A stretch of 64,000 bases of DNA. Origin: an uncultured Phycisphaerales bacterium (GTDB lineage Bacteria > Planctomycetota > Phycisphaerae > Tepidisphaerales > Tepidisphaeraceae). The translations under genes and the position numbers were made by a program. Positions within the stretch are counted from its first letter, which is position 1, and every line of letters begins with the position of its first letter. Below, piece after piece: positions 1 through 9,778 of the stretch. The stretch covers positions 1,248,001 through 1,312,000 of the forward strand of contig CAVWLP010000002.1 of NCBI GenBank assembly GCA_963755915.1, in the 5' to 3' direction. The notes under the pieces are model-generated. The model worked only from the letters and a program-made list of their open reading frames with translations. It had not been told where the DNA came from and did not search any database.

Positions 1-698
1 CGAAATAGGCTGGACGCGGCGATCAGTGTGATCGCGGCTGTCGAAGGTTCGGGAACCGTCGCCGCGATGCTGAAGCTGTTTATCCCCTGTTCCAATGTGT
101 CGTCGTTGTTCGTCTGCGACGAAGTTGCCGCCAACGTATAAGAAACTCCCGGCATAAGCAGCAACGAAAAAGAGACGGGAGCGGAGCCGTAGTCGGCGAG
201 GGTTCCATTGACACTTGCCTGATAAAGCACATCCGCCCCCTGACTGAACGTGACATCGTCGCTTCCAAGGGATTGTCCAAGGCTGCCGGTGAGGGTGAAT
301 TCCTCCGGCGTTGAAACTTGAAAGGTCGAGGAGAAGCTGGTCATGCCGGTTGAAGTGGCGGTTCCACCATCGGGCGCAGACGCATAGCCGAGGTCGCCAC
401 CACCTGCAGTAATGGTATACGTGTCCAACACGTCATTCTGGCTGGCTTCAACGGATGTTGCGGTGGCATACTCGGCTCCGGGCGACGATCCGGAGGCGGC
501 GTTCGCGGACTGATCATTGGTGAGCACATTTTGATTGCTGAAGCTTTGGCTTGCGGGGGTGCCATCGGTTGCGGATGAGGTGGCGGATTCACTATATTGC
601 TCACTGGTAAATTCGAATTGTGCTTCGACGCGCTGTGCGCAGAGGGCGATGAGCGTGCCGGCCAAGGGCACGAATTTGTGCTTTGGTGGGCGGATCAA
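1..698 (-). CDS. PEP-CTERM sorting-domain secreted protein (runs off window edge; one indel near 165-170)
   Basis: Manual translation of the minus strand gives a signal-like N-terminus (FVPLAGTLIALCAQRVEA), a Ser/Thr-rich body and C-terminal VPEPSTAAITLIAASSLF. The frame is restored by one base in a T run. Confidence 0.75.
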   Translation of the reverse strand, partial: MIRPPKHKFVPLAGTLIALCAQRVEAQFEFTSEQYSESATSSATDGTPASQSFSNQNVLTNDQSANAASGSSPGAEYATATSVEASQNDVLDTYTITAGGGDLGYASAPDGGTATSTGMTSFSSTFQVSTPEEFTLTGSLGQSLGSDDVTFSQGADVLYQASVNGTLADYGSAPVSFSLLLMPGVSYTLAATSSQTNNDDTLEQGINSFSIAATVPEPSTAAITLIAASSLF

Positions 699-887
699 TT
701 TTGGGGTGATTTCACAATAAGCCGCTGGCTGCCTCCGGGCACGCATACTCGTTTCCCCTTCTGCCTGTCACGGGGCGCACCAAAACCAGCCAGGGCGGGG
801 CGCTTCAAAACCGGCCAATGTGCTGACGTATTCTATACCGCATCCGTTCTATCCGACGCAACTGTTCCTTGAGTTATTGGTCCCCGT

Positions 888-1778
888 TCACGCCGTCTGG
901 CCGGCGGATACCCCCACATCAGAAGACAACGGCGGCTCTGTCACGGTGTCTTCCGGGGGGGAGCACCCTTCATCGCCGGCGGTACTCCGCCGTCCTTTTG
1001 GATTTGTCTTTTCCGGTGTCCCGGATTGGCCTGCCGTGAGCGAAGTCGAATGGCCCCCATGCCGAAGGCGGTAGCTCTTGCCGGTGATGTTGATGATCGT
1101 GGCGTGCTGCAGGAACCGATCCAGAATGGCCGTGGCCGCCGGCACGTCGCCGATCAGCTTGGCCCAGTCCTCCAGTGGACGGTTGCTGGTCATCATCGTC
1201 GAGCGGTTCTCGTGCCGGCGCATGACGATCTCCAGCAGGCATTCGCCGCTGCGCCGCGGAAGCTGCTTCATTCCCATGTCGTCGATGATAAGCAGATCAG
1301 GCTTGAGATACCGGGCCAGCGTCTTGTCCTGGGCTCCCAGATCCTCGTCGCCTAAAAAGTCGCGGGCCAGGTCGAAGATGGATCGGTACAGGACCACCAA
1401 GCCGCTCTTGATCGCCTGGTGTCCGATGGCCTGGGCCAAAAACGATTTGCCCACGCCGGGCGGACCCAGCAAGAGCACGTCACGTTTGTCACGAATGAAC
1501 TGGCCGGCGGCCAGATCGTGAATCTGTTTGCGTTTGATGGAGGTGTTGAAGGAGAAGTCGAACTCGTCGAGGTTTTTGGTGTCGCGGAACATCGCCGCCT
1601 TGACGCGCCGGCCGATCTGCCGGCTGGATCGGACGTTCAGTTCATCCTGAAGGATCAGTTCCAAAAACTCACTGTGGTCGAGCCGATTGCCGGCCGCCTC
1701 GCTCAGGCGAACTTCAAGGCTGCTCGCCAGACCTGAAAGCCGAAGTTGCTTGAGCGTCTGCATCAACGAAGGTCTCAT
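888..1778 (-). CDS. istB: IS21 helper AAA+ ATPase IstB
   Basis: Walker A GPPGVGKS, Walker B LLIIDDMG, TSNRP, ILDRFL, GKSYR motifs; overlaps istA stop. Confidence 0.95.
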   Translation of the reverse strand: MRPSLMQTLKQLRLSGLASSLEVRLSEAAGNRLDHSEFLELILQDELNVRSSRQIGRRVKAAMFRDTKNLDEFDFSFNTSIKRKQIHDLAAGQFIRDKRDVLLLGPPGVGKSFLAQAIGHQAIKSGLVVLYRSIFDLARDFLGDEDLGAQDKTLARYLKPDLLIIDDMGMKQLPRRSGECLLEIVMRRHENRSTMMTSNRPLEDWAKLIGDVPAATAILDRFLQHATIINITGKSYRLRHGGHSTSLTAGQSGTPEKTNPKGRRSTAGDEGCSPPEDTVTEPPLSSDVGVSAGQTA

Positions 1779-3531
1779 GGGGTGGACTCCCTTCGGCTCT
1801 GCTCAGGGCAGGCCTGTAAAGGTTGTGCGGCAGGCAAAGCCTCCGCTTGGGTGATTGCGTCGCGTACGAACTGTCCGTAATCGGCCAGTCCGCGGATGAT
1901 TGGATGTTCCTGAACAAACTCGAAGTGTTGTTGAACCGGCGCGCCGTTTTGGTGTTCGATGAGCTGCCGCAGGGAGCGCAGGTGATACGCGCCATGCCCC
2001 AGAGCAATCTCGCAGGCTCGTTCCACGGCCGGTCGCGGCTGCTGATTGGCCAGCGACAGCAGCCCCATCAACACGCGCACGCCTTCGATGCCGCGATGCT
2101 GAAGCATTGACTGCGCCCACTGCGTGGCGTGCGGCCCGATGCATTCGATCCGCTGGAGAAGCCAGGTCGTTCCACGCTCGATGCCGCTGATCTTCTCCGG
2201 CAGGATATGGGCGTCTTGCGTCGAGAACCTGCCCGGCGGACGCTGCGCGTGCAGAGCGATCGCACGCATCTTCTGATCGAACAGCCGGACCGTGCGCCCG
2301 TCCCACCGCGCCCAGACCCGCTGGCCCAAAAACTCCGGCGGGACCGAATAGTACGCCCCCTTGATCTCCACGTGCCCGTCGCGGTGAACACTGCGCAACG
2401 CCTCGGTGAAAAGATCGAATCGCACCGGCGGCAGAGCCAACAGTGCCGGCTTCTCTACCTGCTCGAAGACTTCCTTCACCTGCCGCCGCGTCGTGCCGTG
2501 GATGCGCGTGTCGGCCACGCTCTTCTCCCACGTCAGCAGATGCGCGTTCTGATCCGAGAGCGAGGCGAATTGCCGGCCTTTGAGAGCATTGCTCTTCACA
2601 TAGCCGATGCCCCGCTCGATCTTCCCCTTGTGCCGCGGCGTGTACGGCTTGGTGGGCAGAATGGCGATTCCATAATGTTCGGCGAACGACCGGACCTTGG
2701 GACACAACTCCGCCTCGAACCAGTCCGCCCGCGTCACCGCCGCGCGAAGATTGTCGATCACCAGCGCTGACGGCATCCCGCCGAAGTGCGTAAAGGCATT
2801 TTCCAGACAACGCAGAAAATCATCGGTCGTCTGCCGCTCCACCGCCTCGGCGTACCCCTTGCGGCTGTGGCTCAGCACAATGCGGAAGACCCAGGTTGCT
2901 TTGCGTTTGCCGTCAGGACCGACCAGGGCGCACCCCGGCCGAAGTCCACCTGCACCTCGGCTCCCGGCTCGCATTCCATCCGGCGAAAGGGCGCCGGCGC
3001 GGCAGCCGAGAGCTTCTTGATGAACCGGCGCACGCTGTAATAGCTGCCGGCATAGCCGTGATCGCTGGAGATGTCTTGATAAATCCGCTGGGCCGTCAGC
3101 CCGGCTTCCAACTTCTGAACAATGACCTCACGCCAGGGCGATGCCGTACTGACCGACCCGATGGGCGCACCGGATAACCCGGTGGGCGCGCTCTCCGAGC
3201 CGCCTGCGGCGAGCACCGTCGAGCCGCCTGCGGCGAGCACCGTCGAGCCGCCTGCGGCGAGCACCGTCGAGCCGCCTGCGGCGAGCACCGTCGAGCCGCC
3301 TGCGGCGAGCACCGTCGAGCCGCCTGCGGCGAGCACCGTCGAGCCGAGGGGCGCGCTGGCCGGTTTTGAATCCGATCCGGGCGCCGCAGGATCGCCGCCC
3401 GACAACCGGATGTGGCGTCCAACGGTCTCCCGGTGAACGCCGAGTTGGCGGGCGATGTTCCGATTGGACCAGCCGCTGCGCACAAGTGCCAAAATTGCTT
3501 GTACTTCCGCCATCTTGAGTTGATTGGCCAT
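1775..3531 (-). CDS. istA: IS21 transposase IstA (split by one indel near 2925)
   Basis: N-terminal HTH (WSNRNIARQLGVHRETV), EVQVDFG, DNLRAAV, PRHKGKIE, YSVP. The two ORFs (2872-3552, 1775-2974) join at a C run. Confidence 0.9.
3196..3346. repeat. Six perfect tandem copies of a 24-bp unit within istA (encodes GSTVLAAG x6)
   Basis: CGAGCCGCCTGCGGCGAGCACCGT repeated 6 times from 3196, plus a partial copy. Confidence 0.97.
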
Positions 3532-3807
3532 CCCACCATTGGCTTGCGGCAACCGCCGAAAGCCAAGGTCGATAACCCAATCTCCTGTGCCTCAAAATGG
3601 CCGGTTTTGGCGCGCCCTCAATTGGCCGGTTTTGCGCCCCATGACATCTGCCGTTGGAATGGCATTATCAATATAACGACTACGGGTGGAGCGCGAAGAG
3701 TGAAAATTTGTTTTGGTGGGGTTTTGTCAATTTTTTAGTAAATGTGGCGGCGAGTTTTTAGGGTTTGGGGGGTAGTGGTATACTCTCGCAATAACAGTTT
3801 TCGGTCA

Positions 3808-4083
3808 TTATAGCCTTGCACACACAATCACCACGAAGACAGCCAGGAATACGGCGCTGAGTCCAAATCCGATCCATCCTGGAACCGATCTGCTTCGGCA
3901 TATTACGACTGAATCAATCCCGCAAAACAGGGATATAACGAGAAACGGAAGCGCGAGAATCGACATCCCCGATGCGAATAGCATAAAAAAGGTAAGGGAT
4001 ACGAGCGAGAGCCATCCTGTCCACTTGCCGCGTCGTTTAACGGGTGGCTCGGGGCTTCGATAATCTAAAGTCTGGTTGCTCAT
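3808..4083 (-). CDS. Small multi-pass membrane protein (transposon cargo)
   Basis: About 91 aa with three hydrophobic segments after a TLDYRSP start. Confidence 0.6.
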   Translation of the reverse strand: MSNQTLDYRSPEPPVKRRGKWTGWLSLVSLTFFMLFASGMSILALPFLVISLFCGIDSVVICRSRSVPGWIGFGLSAVFLAVFVVIVCARL

Positions 4084-4130
4084 CACCCAGCGTATTCTAC
4101 CGGGCTCTCTGTGCTGGTTATAATCCCCTC

Positions 4131-4361
4131 ATGAAAAAGGCCAAGAATCCCGATCCGGCCCAGGTCGCCCACCGCGTCGTTTCCGAGATAATTTCCCGCC
4201 ACGAAAAGCCGCTGCCATCGGATTTTGAGGCAGCGTGGACAGAGTGGTCAAGGGCAATCCAGAACATTGACGGGAGGACTATGGCGCTGCTGCGGGCGGC
4301 GTTTGAGGCGGGAGCGCAGGTGGCGAGGACACAGAAACCCGGACATCGTGATAATGGTTGA
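4131..4361 (+). CDS. Small hypothetical protein (transposon cargo)
   Basis: MKKAKNPDPAQVAHRVVSEII...; ATG preceded by a TATAAT-like sequence; 3' end overlaps the convergent protease ORF. Confidence 0.5.
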   Translation: MKKAKNPDPAQVAHRVVSEIISRHEKPLPSDFEAAWTEWSRAIQNIDGRTMALLRAAFEAGAQVARTQKPGHRDNG

Positions 4362-5505
4362 ACTTTTCTACATCCGGTTGCACGCGATTACCAGCGTCCA
4401 TTATCGCCACAAGGTGGCCCATCATCTTTTTGTAGCCAGCCGCACTGTAATAGTTTTTTCTTTTGCGAATTATTTTTTGCCCGCCGATTAGATCAAGCGA
4501 ATTGTCGATTAACTTTGCGCTCGCGACCCTGGCGTTGTCCCATTGCACTTTTATATCTTCTGCCGACTTTTGCTGGACCTTCCCGTAAACGTGCACGTTT
4601 GCCCAGATGCCCCTTAGCGGCGCGGGCGGATGGGATGCCTTGTGGATTGATCTCATCGTAATCGGGACATCAAACAGCCAAAACATAAAAACGATTGCAA
4701 ACACCCAATCGGACATTAGCAATTGATCCCGATTTACAAGGTCCTTTCCCCGCTCTATGAGCGCGCGGGCAGTCTTTTGTGAATCGCTCATATTTCTCAA
4801 CCGCTTTAGCCACGACCAGAGCGATGCGTGAGCATCCGCGACCACCTCAAAGTATTGCTTAACAAGCGGGTGAAGATTTAGTCGGCCAGTTTGAAGTTCA
4901 AACAAAAGAGGACTCTTGGCTTTGGCGTTCTTGTATTCAGAATGTCCGGCTGCCAGATGCGCCAACTCATGAATGATTGCGAACTCAAAGGCTATGAGCG
5001 ATAGGCTCTCCGCGTGCGTTTTGCGGACCTCATCAATCGGGAACACTTCCGCCAATCTTCCGCCCAGATGATTTCCTAGCACGGAAAGTTTTGAAAAGTC
5101 GTTAACGATGCCTTCCGAACAGTAGGGTCGGCGAAGTCTCTCCGCGCGAGAGTTTCCGAGATTGGGAAGCACATCGGGACGAGAAAGCAGCCGGTAAAAC
5201 AGGTCATAGATCAGACAAATAGTTCCGGTGTGGACCGCTATAAAGCCGCATCCCGATTTTTCCTCGTGGAACGCAAATGCGTTCAGGCGACTGTTGTCCA
5301 CGAAACCAAAATGAACCTTCGGCAATTTGGGGCAGACTTGGTGCCGGTATTCCTCGATTAGATCATTTCCAAAACCGTGAAGATGGCGCAGCGTTTTTGA
5401 TTCAACCAACTCCGGATCGGCGGCGAGTGGATCATAAACCGTGTATCCATAGTAGTTGCAAACATCATTGAATGTTTGTTCTAAAGCTGTCATAAGCCAT
5501 CCCAA
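4279..5505 (-). CDS. HEXXH zinc metalloprotease, M48/U49(Lit)-like
   Basis: LNAFAF, IIHELAHLAAGH, FEVVADAHA and SHPPAPLR in the order typical of M48-fold proteases; no signal peptide. Confidence 0.7.
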   Translation of the reverse strand: MGWLMTALEQTFNDVCNYYGYTVYDPLAADPELVESKTLRHLHGFGNDLIEEYRHQVCPKLPKVHFGFVDNSRLNAFAFHEEKSGCGFIAVHTGTICLIYDLFYRLLSRPDVLPNLGNSRAERLRRPYCSEGIVNDFSKLSVLGNHLGGRLAEVFPIDEVRKTHAESLSLIAFEFAIIHELAHLAAGHSEYKNAKAKSPLLFELQTGRLNLHPLVKQYFEVVADAHASLWSWLKRLRNMSDSQKTARALIERGKDLVNRDQLLMSDWVFAIVFMFWLFDVPITMRSIHKASHPPAPLRGIWANVHVYGKVQQKSAEDIKVQWDNARVASAKLIDNSLDLIGGQKIIRKRKNYYSAAGYKKMMGHLVAIMDAGNRVQPDVEKFNHYHDVRVSVSSPPALPPQTPPAAAP

Positions 5506-5519
5506 TAGGAGATTTCTTC

Positions 5520-5855
5520 ATGAATTCAGTTAGTTCGATGCCGGATATAGAACTGCGTGAGGCCATTGCTTCCGAGTTGGCTCCCCGCAGATGGGAAGAT
5601 ATTCGCATCAATGACGCTGGCCGACTGGTGGCCGACATGGTTGGCATACTCTCCGAATTTCCGGTTGAGATTCCTAACTGGACATCGAATCGGAAAGACG
5701 CCATTTGGCTTGAGGGGCAGATTAGAAAAGGCGGACTAGGAAATGCGTACAAGGTCGCCCTCAATAAGATTGTCTCTCGCGGGCAATCGCCAAGCCCCCG
5801 GCAGATTAGCGAAGCCGGGCTTATGGCTTTGCGGATGAACGCTTGCGTGGCGTAG
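5520..5855 (+). CDS. Hypothetical protein, possibly phage ABA-sandwich-like
   Basis: RBS AGGAG upstream; LREAIA...IPNWTS...SPRQISEA pattern. Family assignment is tentative. Confidence 0.5.
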   Translation: MNSVSSMPDIELREAIASELAPRRWEDIRINDAGRLVADMVGILSEFPVEIPNWTSNRKDAIWLEGQIRKGGLGNAYKVALNKIVSRGQSPSPRQISEAGLMALRMNACVA

Positions 5856-6030
5856 CGCGTTTAATAAGTTTTTCCTCCGCAAACCCCAAGAGGATCGGCC
5901 TAGCCCACGTAGCAACGTCCGCGTGGTCGTCGGCGGCCGCCTCTAGGACGAGCTTTTTCTGGTCCTCGGTCATGGGGATACGGATATCAACACTTTTTCG
6001 TTCCGACGGGTCTTTTTTTGGTCTAGCCAT
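5821..6030 (-). CDS. Small ribbon-helix-helix-like DNA-binding protein
   Basis: MARPKKDPSERKSVDIRIPMTEDQKKLVLEAA..., divergent from the transposase. Confidence 0.65.
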   Translation of the reverse strand: MARPKKDPSERKSVDIRIPMTEDQKKLVLEAAADDHADVATWARPILLGFAEEKLIKRATPRKRSSAKP

Positions 6031-6115
6031 ATAGCGTTATTATGGCCAAATAAATCTATTCTGTCAAGCGGAAATCTCTTGACGGCCGTGGATTACTTTG
6101 GCTATAATAACCCAC

Positions 6116-7010
6116 ATGAAGAAATTAAACATCGGCACGCGGGCGGCGATTCTTACGGCTCTAGTCGAGGGGAACAGCATCGCCTCAACGTGCCGGATGT
6201 ACGGGGTGAACAAAATCACCGTCCTTCGCTTGCTGGCGGACGCCGGAACGCTCGCCGCTCAATACCACGATTTGACGGTCTGCAACATTCGAAGCCGTCG
6301 CGTCCAATGCGACGAAGTTTGGGCATTCATCGGCGCAAAGCAAAAGAACGTCCCCGCCGACCTTGAAGGCGTTTTTGGCATCGGCGACGTGTGGACGTGG
6401 GTAGCAATCGACGCGGACACAAAGCTCATTATCGGCTACACCGTCGGCCAGCGCAACGGATGGTTCGCCCACAAATTTATGACCGATGTTGCCGACAGGC
6501 TGGCAAATCGCGTTCAGCTAACTTCCGATGGCTTGCGGGCGTACCTAGACGCGGTGGATAGCGCCTTCGGTAATGACATAGACTTCGCGCAGCTCGTCAA
6601 GATTTACGGTCCGGATAAATCTGGGCCGGGCCGATACAGTCCTCCGCAAGTAATCGGCGCAAAAGAACGCGATATGTGGAAATCCTAAATCAAAACACGT
6701 TTCGACCAGTTACGTCGAACGCCAGAATTTAACCGTCCGAATGGGCAATCGACGATTCACTCGACTCACAAATGGATTCTCGAAAAAGCTGGCGAATCAC
6801 GAGCACATGGTTGCGTTGCAGTATTTTCACTACAACTTCGTTCGAAAACACACGACGATCAAAACGACACCAGCAATGGCGGCGGGGCTTGCCGATAAGC
6901 AGTGGACGATGCGTGATTTTGTCGAATTGCTGGAGCGGGAAGAGCGATTGCTTGGCGGGCGTTTGACTAATTACAAGCCCGCGAGAAAGAAGATTTCGCC
7001 GGTTATTTGA
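6116..7010 (+). CDS. IS1-family DDE transposase (one indel near 6680)
   Basis: LVEGNSIASTCR HTH, QCDEVWAF, QLTSDG, STSYVERQNLTVRM, RFTRLTNGFSKK, TPAMAAG. Confidence 0.9.
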
Positions 7011-7098
7011 GAGTATACCACTACCGTTTGGGGGAAAGTGGGGCACTTTCTTTTGACTGGGGTTTGGTGCAGGCCCTCACCCGCGCTGGAGCGGGAAA

Positions 7099-7130
7099 GC
7101 GCACCCCTACGGGGTTGCGGCTAAACGGGA
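7099..7130 (+). repeat. REP-like element ending GCG(G/A)CTAAACGGG (other copies 12415-12446, 25633-25664)
   Basis: Three co-oriented intergenic copies of a short CCC...GGG hairpin followed by GCGRCTAAACGGG. Confidence 0.75.
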
Positions 7131-7160
7131 GGGGTGATTTCGGTTGGCGCGGGAATTGAT

Positions 7161-8804
7161 TTATTCCTTCTGAGGCTTGCGGCGGCGCGAGTAGATTGCG
7201 AATCCCGCGAGGATGCCAACCGCCGGGGTCCAGATGGCGTAGCGGTTGAAGAGGTGGAGGCCGACATCCTGCGGCAGGCGCGTGGTGGGGGCGGTGAAGG
7301 GGGCGAAGAGGGGGGTTGAGGGGTCGCGGAGAGTGTTGCAGTAGTTTTCGGTTTCCTGGGCGGATTGTTCGACGAAGCGGTCGATGTCCATGAGGCGGGT
7401 GCCGCCGATGAGGCTGAGGAGGGCGAGAGCGCCGAGGGGGAACCAGAAGCTGGTGCGTTCGCGGGCGCGTTCGAAGAAGGGGTAGTTTCGAGGGAGGCCA
7501 AAGAAGATGAGCATCCAGCAGCGGGTGAGGTAGAGGGCGGTGAGGATGGAGACGAGGGAGGGGAGGGCGAAGAAGATCCAGAAGAATCCGCCGCGGGTGG
7601 CGGCCAAAGCGCCGGAGTGTTGGAAGATGAGCTGGGAGCTGTAGTAGCCAGCGGTGAAGGGGGCGGGGGCCATGGCGAGGAGGGGGATGGCGAAGAAGAT
7701 GGAGAGGACGGGGAGTTTTCGGGCGAGGCCACCGAGTTCGGCGAGGCGTTGCTGGCCGCCGGTGGTTTGGACGACGGCGCCGGCGGCGAGGAGGAGCGCG
7801 GATTTGAAGAAGGCGTGGGAGAGGAGTTGGAAGAGGGCGCCGGCCCAGGAGCCGATGCCGATGGCCATGTACATGAGGCCGAGTTGGGAGAGGGTGCTGA
7901 AGCCGAGGAGGGGGGCGATGTCCTGCTGCATCAGGGCGAGGATGGCGCCGGCGATGAGCATCAATAGTCCAATCGCGGCGATGGCGATTTGGATTTGGGG
8001 TGTGAGGAGGGGGAAGATGCGGGCGAGGAAGTAGACGGCGGCGGCGCTGGCGGTGACGGTCTGGAGAATGGCGGCGGCGACGAGGCGCGGGCGGAAGATC
8101 AACTGGATGGATTTGATGAGGGAGGCGAGGGCCAGCGCGGACCCGGCAATCGCAAGGGTTTTGGCGGGGATCATGTTGGCGGCGACGAGGCGGTCGAGTT
8201 GCAGGAATGTGGAATTGCCGGTGGAACGCCAGAGGGTGATTGCGCCGAGGAGAAGTGCGGCGTCGCCGAGGCGGAAGAGGATGAAGGCGCGCATGGAGGT
8301 TGGCGGGGGGGAAAGGAGATAGCCGGCGAGGGCGATGAGTTCCCAGAAGATGACGGCCATCAAGAGATTGCCGCTGAGGACGAGGGCGAGGGTTGAGAAG
8401 AGTAGGAGCTGGAAATATTTGAAGAATTGAACGAAGCGGACGTCGTCGCGGAGGATTCGGACGGCGAAGAGGCAGACGAGTGCGGCGACGGGGGTGATGG
8501 TGTTGAACATCGCGACGGTGAGGGTGTCGATATAGAGGTTCAGATTGCCGAAGGGGGTGGGGAGGATTTTGAAGGCGAGTTCGATGGGTTTGTCGCCAAA
8601 GCCCCAGGTGAGTCCGGCGAGCTCACCGCCGCCGATCCAGGCGATGGTGGCGGCCATGGAGAGGGCGAAGCATGCGGCGGAGATGGCGCAGGCGATCCAG
8701 CCGGAGAGGGGCTGTCCCATGCGGCGGCCGATGGAGAGGAGGAGCGTGAACGACGCGAGGGGGAGGAGGGTCGCTACGATGAGGAATAGCGCGGGCGTCG
8801 GCAT
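7161..8804 (-). CDS. NuoL/MrpA-like proton-conducting membrane subunit (divergent, stand-alone)
   Basis: Many TM helices; FWE, RLGD, FSTLSQLGLM, HAFFKS, LGGL, PFTAGYYS motifs. Confidence 0.8.
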   Translation of the reverse strand: MPTPALFLIVATLLPLASFTLLLSIGRRMGQPLSGWIACAISAACFALSMAATIAWIGGGELAGLTWGFGDKPIELAFKILPTPFGNLNLYIDTLTVAMFNTITPVAALVCLFAVRILRDDVRFVQFFKYFQLLLFSTLALVLSGNLLMAVIFWELIALAGYLLSPPPTSMRAFILFRLGDAALLLGAITLWRSTGNSTFLQLDRLVAANMIPAKTLAIAGSALALASLIKSIQLIFRPRLVAAAILQTVTASAAAVYFLARIFPLLTPQIQIAIAAIGLLMLIAGAILALMQQDIAPLLGFSTLSQLGLMYMAIGIGSWAGALFQLLSHAFFKSALLLAAGAVVQTTGGQQRLAELGGLARKLPVLSIFFAIPLLAMAPAPFTAGYYSSQLIFQHSGALAATRGGFFWIFFALPSLVSILTALYLTRCWMLIFFGLPRNYPFFERARERTSFWFPLGALALLSLIGGTRLMDIDRFVEQSAQETENYCNTLRDPSTPLFAPFTAPTTRLPQDVGLHLFNRYAIWTPAVGILAGFAIYSRRRKPQKE

Positions 8805-8826
8805 AATGTGGATTCGAACTGCGGCG

Positions 8827-9168
8827 TCATGCCAGCAGGTCGTTCACCTTCGCGGCGCAGATAAAGTCATTCTCCGAGAGTCCTTTCACAGAGTGGGTGC
8901 TAAAGTGGACTTCGCAGCGGTTATAGCCGACCTTGAGGTCGGGGTGATGGTCCTGGCGGTGGGCGACCCAGGCAACGGCGTTTACGAAGGCCATGGTGTG
9001 GTGGTAGTCCTTGAAGTCGAAGGATCGGCAGAGAGCGCCGTCGTGGATTTTCCAGCCGGGGACGTCGGGGAGGAGGTTGTCGATCTGCTTCTGGGAGAGG
9101 GCGGGGGTGCCGGGGGCGCAGGGTTGGCAGCGTTTTTCGGAAAGGGTTGTGGGTTTTTCGGAATTCAT
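8827..9168 (-). CDS. phhB: 4a-hydroxytetrahydrobiopterin (pterin-4a-carbinolamine) dehydratase
   Basis: DHHPDL and THSVKGLSENDFICAAK motifs. Confidence 0.92.
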   Translation of the reverse strand: MNSEKPTTLSEKRCQPCAPGTPALSQKQIDNLLPDVPGWKIHDGALCRSFDFKDYHHTMAFVNAVAWVAHRQDHHPDLKVGYNRCEVHFSTHSVKGLSENDFICAAKVNDLLA

Positions 9169-9170
9169 GG

Positions 9171-9692
9171 TCAGCCTTTTGCAAAGCCGGGGATTGTACC
9201 CGAATGGAGTTGGCGGAGCGCCTCAAATAATCCGACGGCGGCGGCGACGGAAAGGTTCAAACAGCGCTGGTCGGGGGCTTGGGGGATGCGTAGGACGCGG
9301 CCGGGGTGGGTGGAGAGGATGGAATCGGGGATACCGGCGGTTTCGCTGCCGAAGATGAGCCAGTCGGAGTCGGAGAATTTTACGTCCCATAACGAGAGAG
9401 AGCCTTTGGTGGAGAAGAGCCAGAGGTTGCCGCCGGCGCGGTTGGCGAAATCGAAGAAGGCTGGTGAATCGTCATGGACGGTGAGGCGGAGTTTGGGCCA
9501 GTAGTCCATGGCGCTGCGGCGGAGGTTTTTGTCGGAGAGGACGAAGCCGAGGGGGCGGACGAGATGGAGCTCGGAGGAGGTGGCGACGCAGGCGCGGGCG
9601 ATGTTGCCGGTGTTGGGGGCGATCTGCGGCTGGAGGAGCGCGAGCTTGAGGTGGTGGGGGCGAAGGTGGGGGAGATCGGTTTGGGGCGGCAT
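9171..9692 (-). CDS. trmL: tRNA (cytidine/uridine-34-2'-O)-methyltransferase
   Basis: PQIAPNTGNIAR, LRRSAMDYW, FGSETAG, CLNLS SPOUT motifs. Confidence 0.9.
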   Translation of the reverse strand: MPPQTDLPHLRPHHLKLALLQPQIAPNTGNIARACVATSSELHLVRPLGFVLSDKNLRRSAMDYWPKLRLTVHDDSPAFFDFANRAGGNLWLFSTKGSLSLWDVKFSDSDWLIFGSETAGIPDSILSTHPGRVLRIPQAPDQRCLNLSVAAAVGLFEALRQLHSGTIPGFAKG

Positions 9693-9778
9693 AGGGAAAT
9701 CCCCCACGGCGGCGCGGTTCGACTGCGCTCACCGAAGTCCGTGGCGTTCACAGATCAGAGTGACCTACGATTATGGCA

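Larger units (their letters stand above)
766..3646 (-). mobile_element. Complete IS21-family insertion sequence
   Basis: Ends TGTCACGGGGCGC... (766) and ...GCGCCCCATGACA (3646) with repeated AAAACC(A/G)GCCA subterminal boxes. 6-bp direct repeat TCTGCC at 760-765 and 3647-3652. Encodes istA and istB. Confidence 0.95.
3771..7025 (+). mobile_element. IS1-family transposon with passenger genes (tIS)
   Basis: Perfect 17-bp terminal IRs GGTAGTGGTATACTCTC (3771-3787) and GAGAGTATACCACTACC (7009-7025). 8-bp TSD GTTTGGGG at 3763-3770 and 7026-7033. IS1-type transposase at the right end; cargo is visibly more AT-rich. Confidence 0.92.

Noticed and set aside
3196-3346. 24-bp tandem array as a CRISPR array
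   Set aside because: The repeats are contiguous with no spacers, lie in frame in istA, and no cas genes are present.
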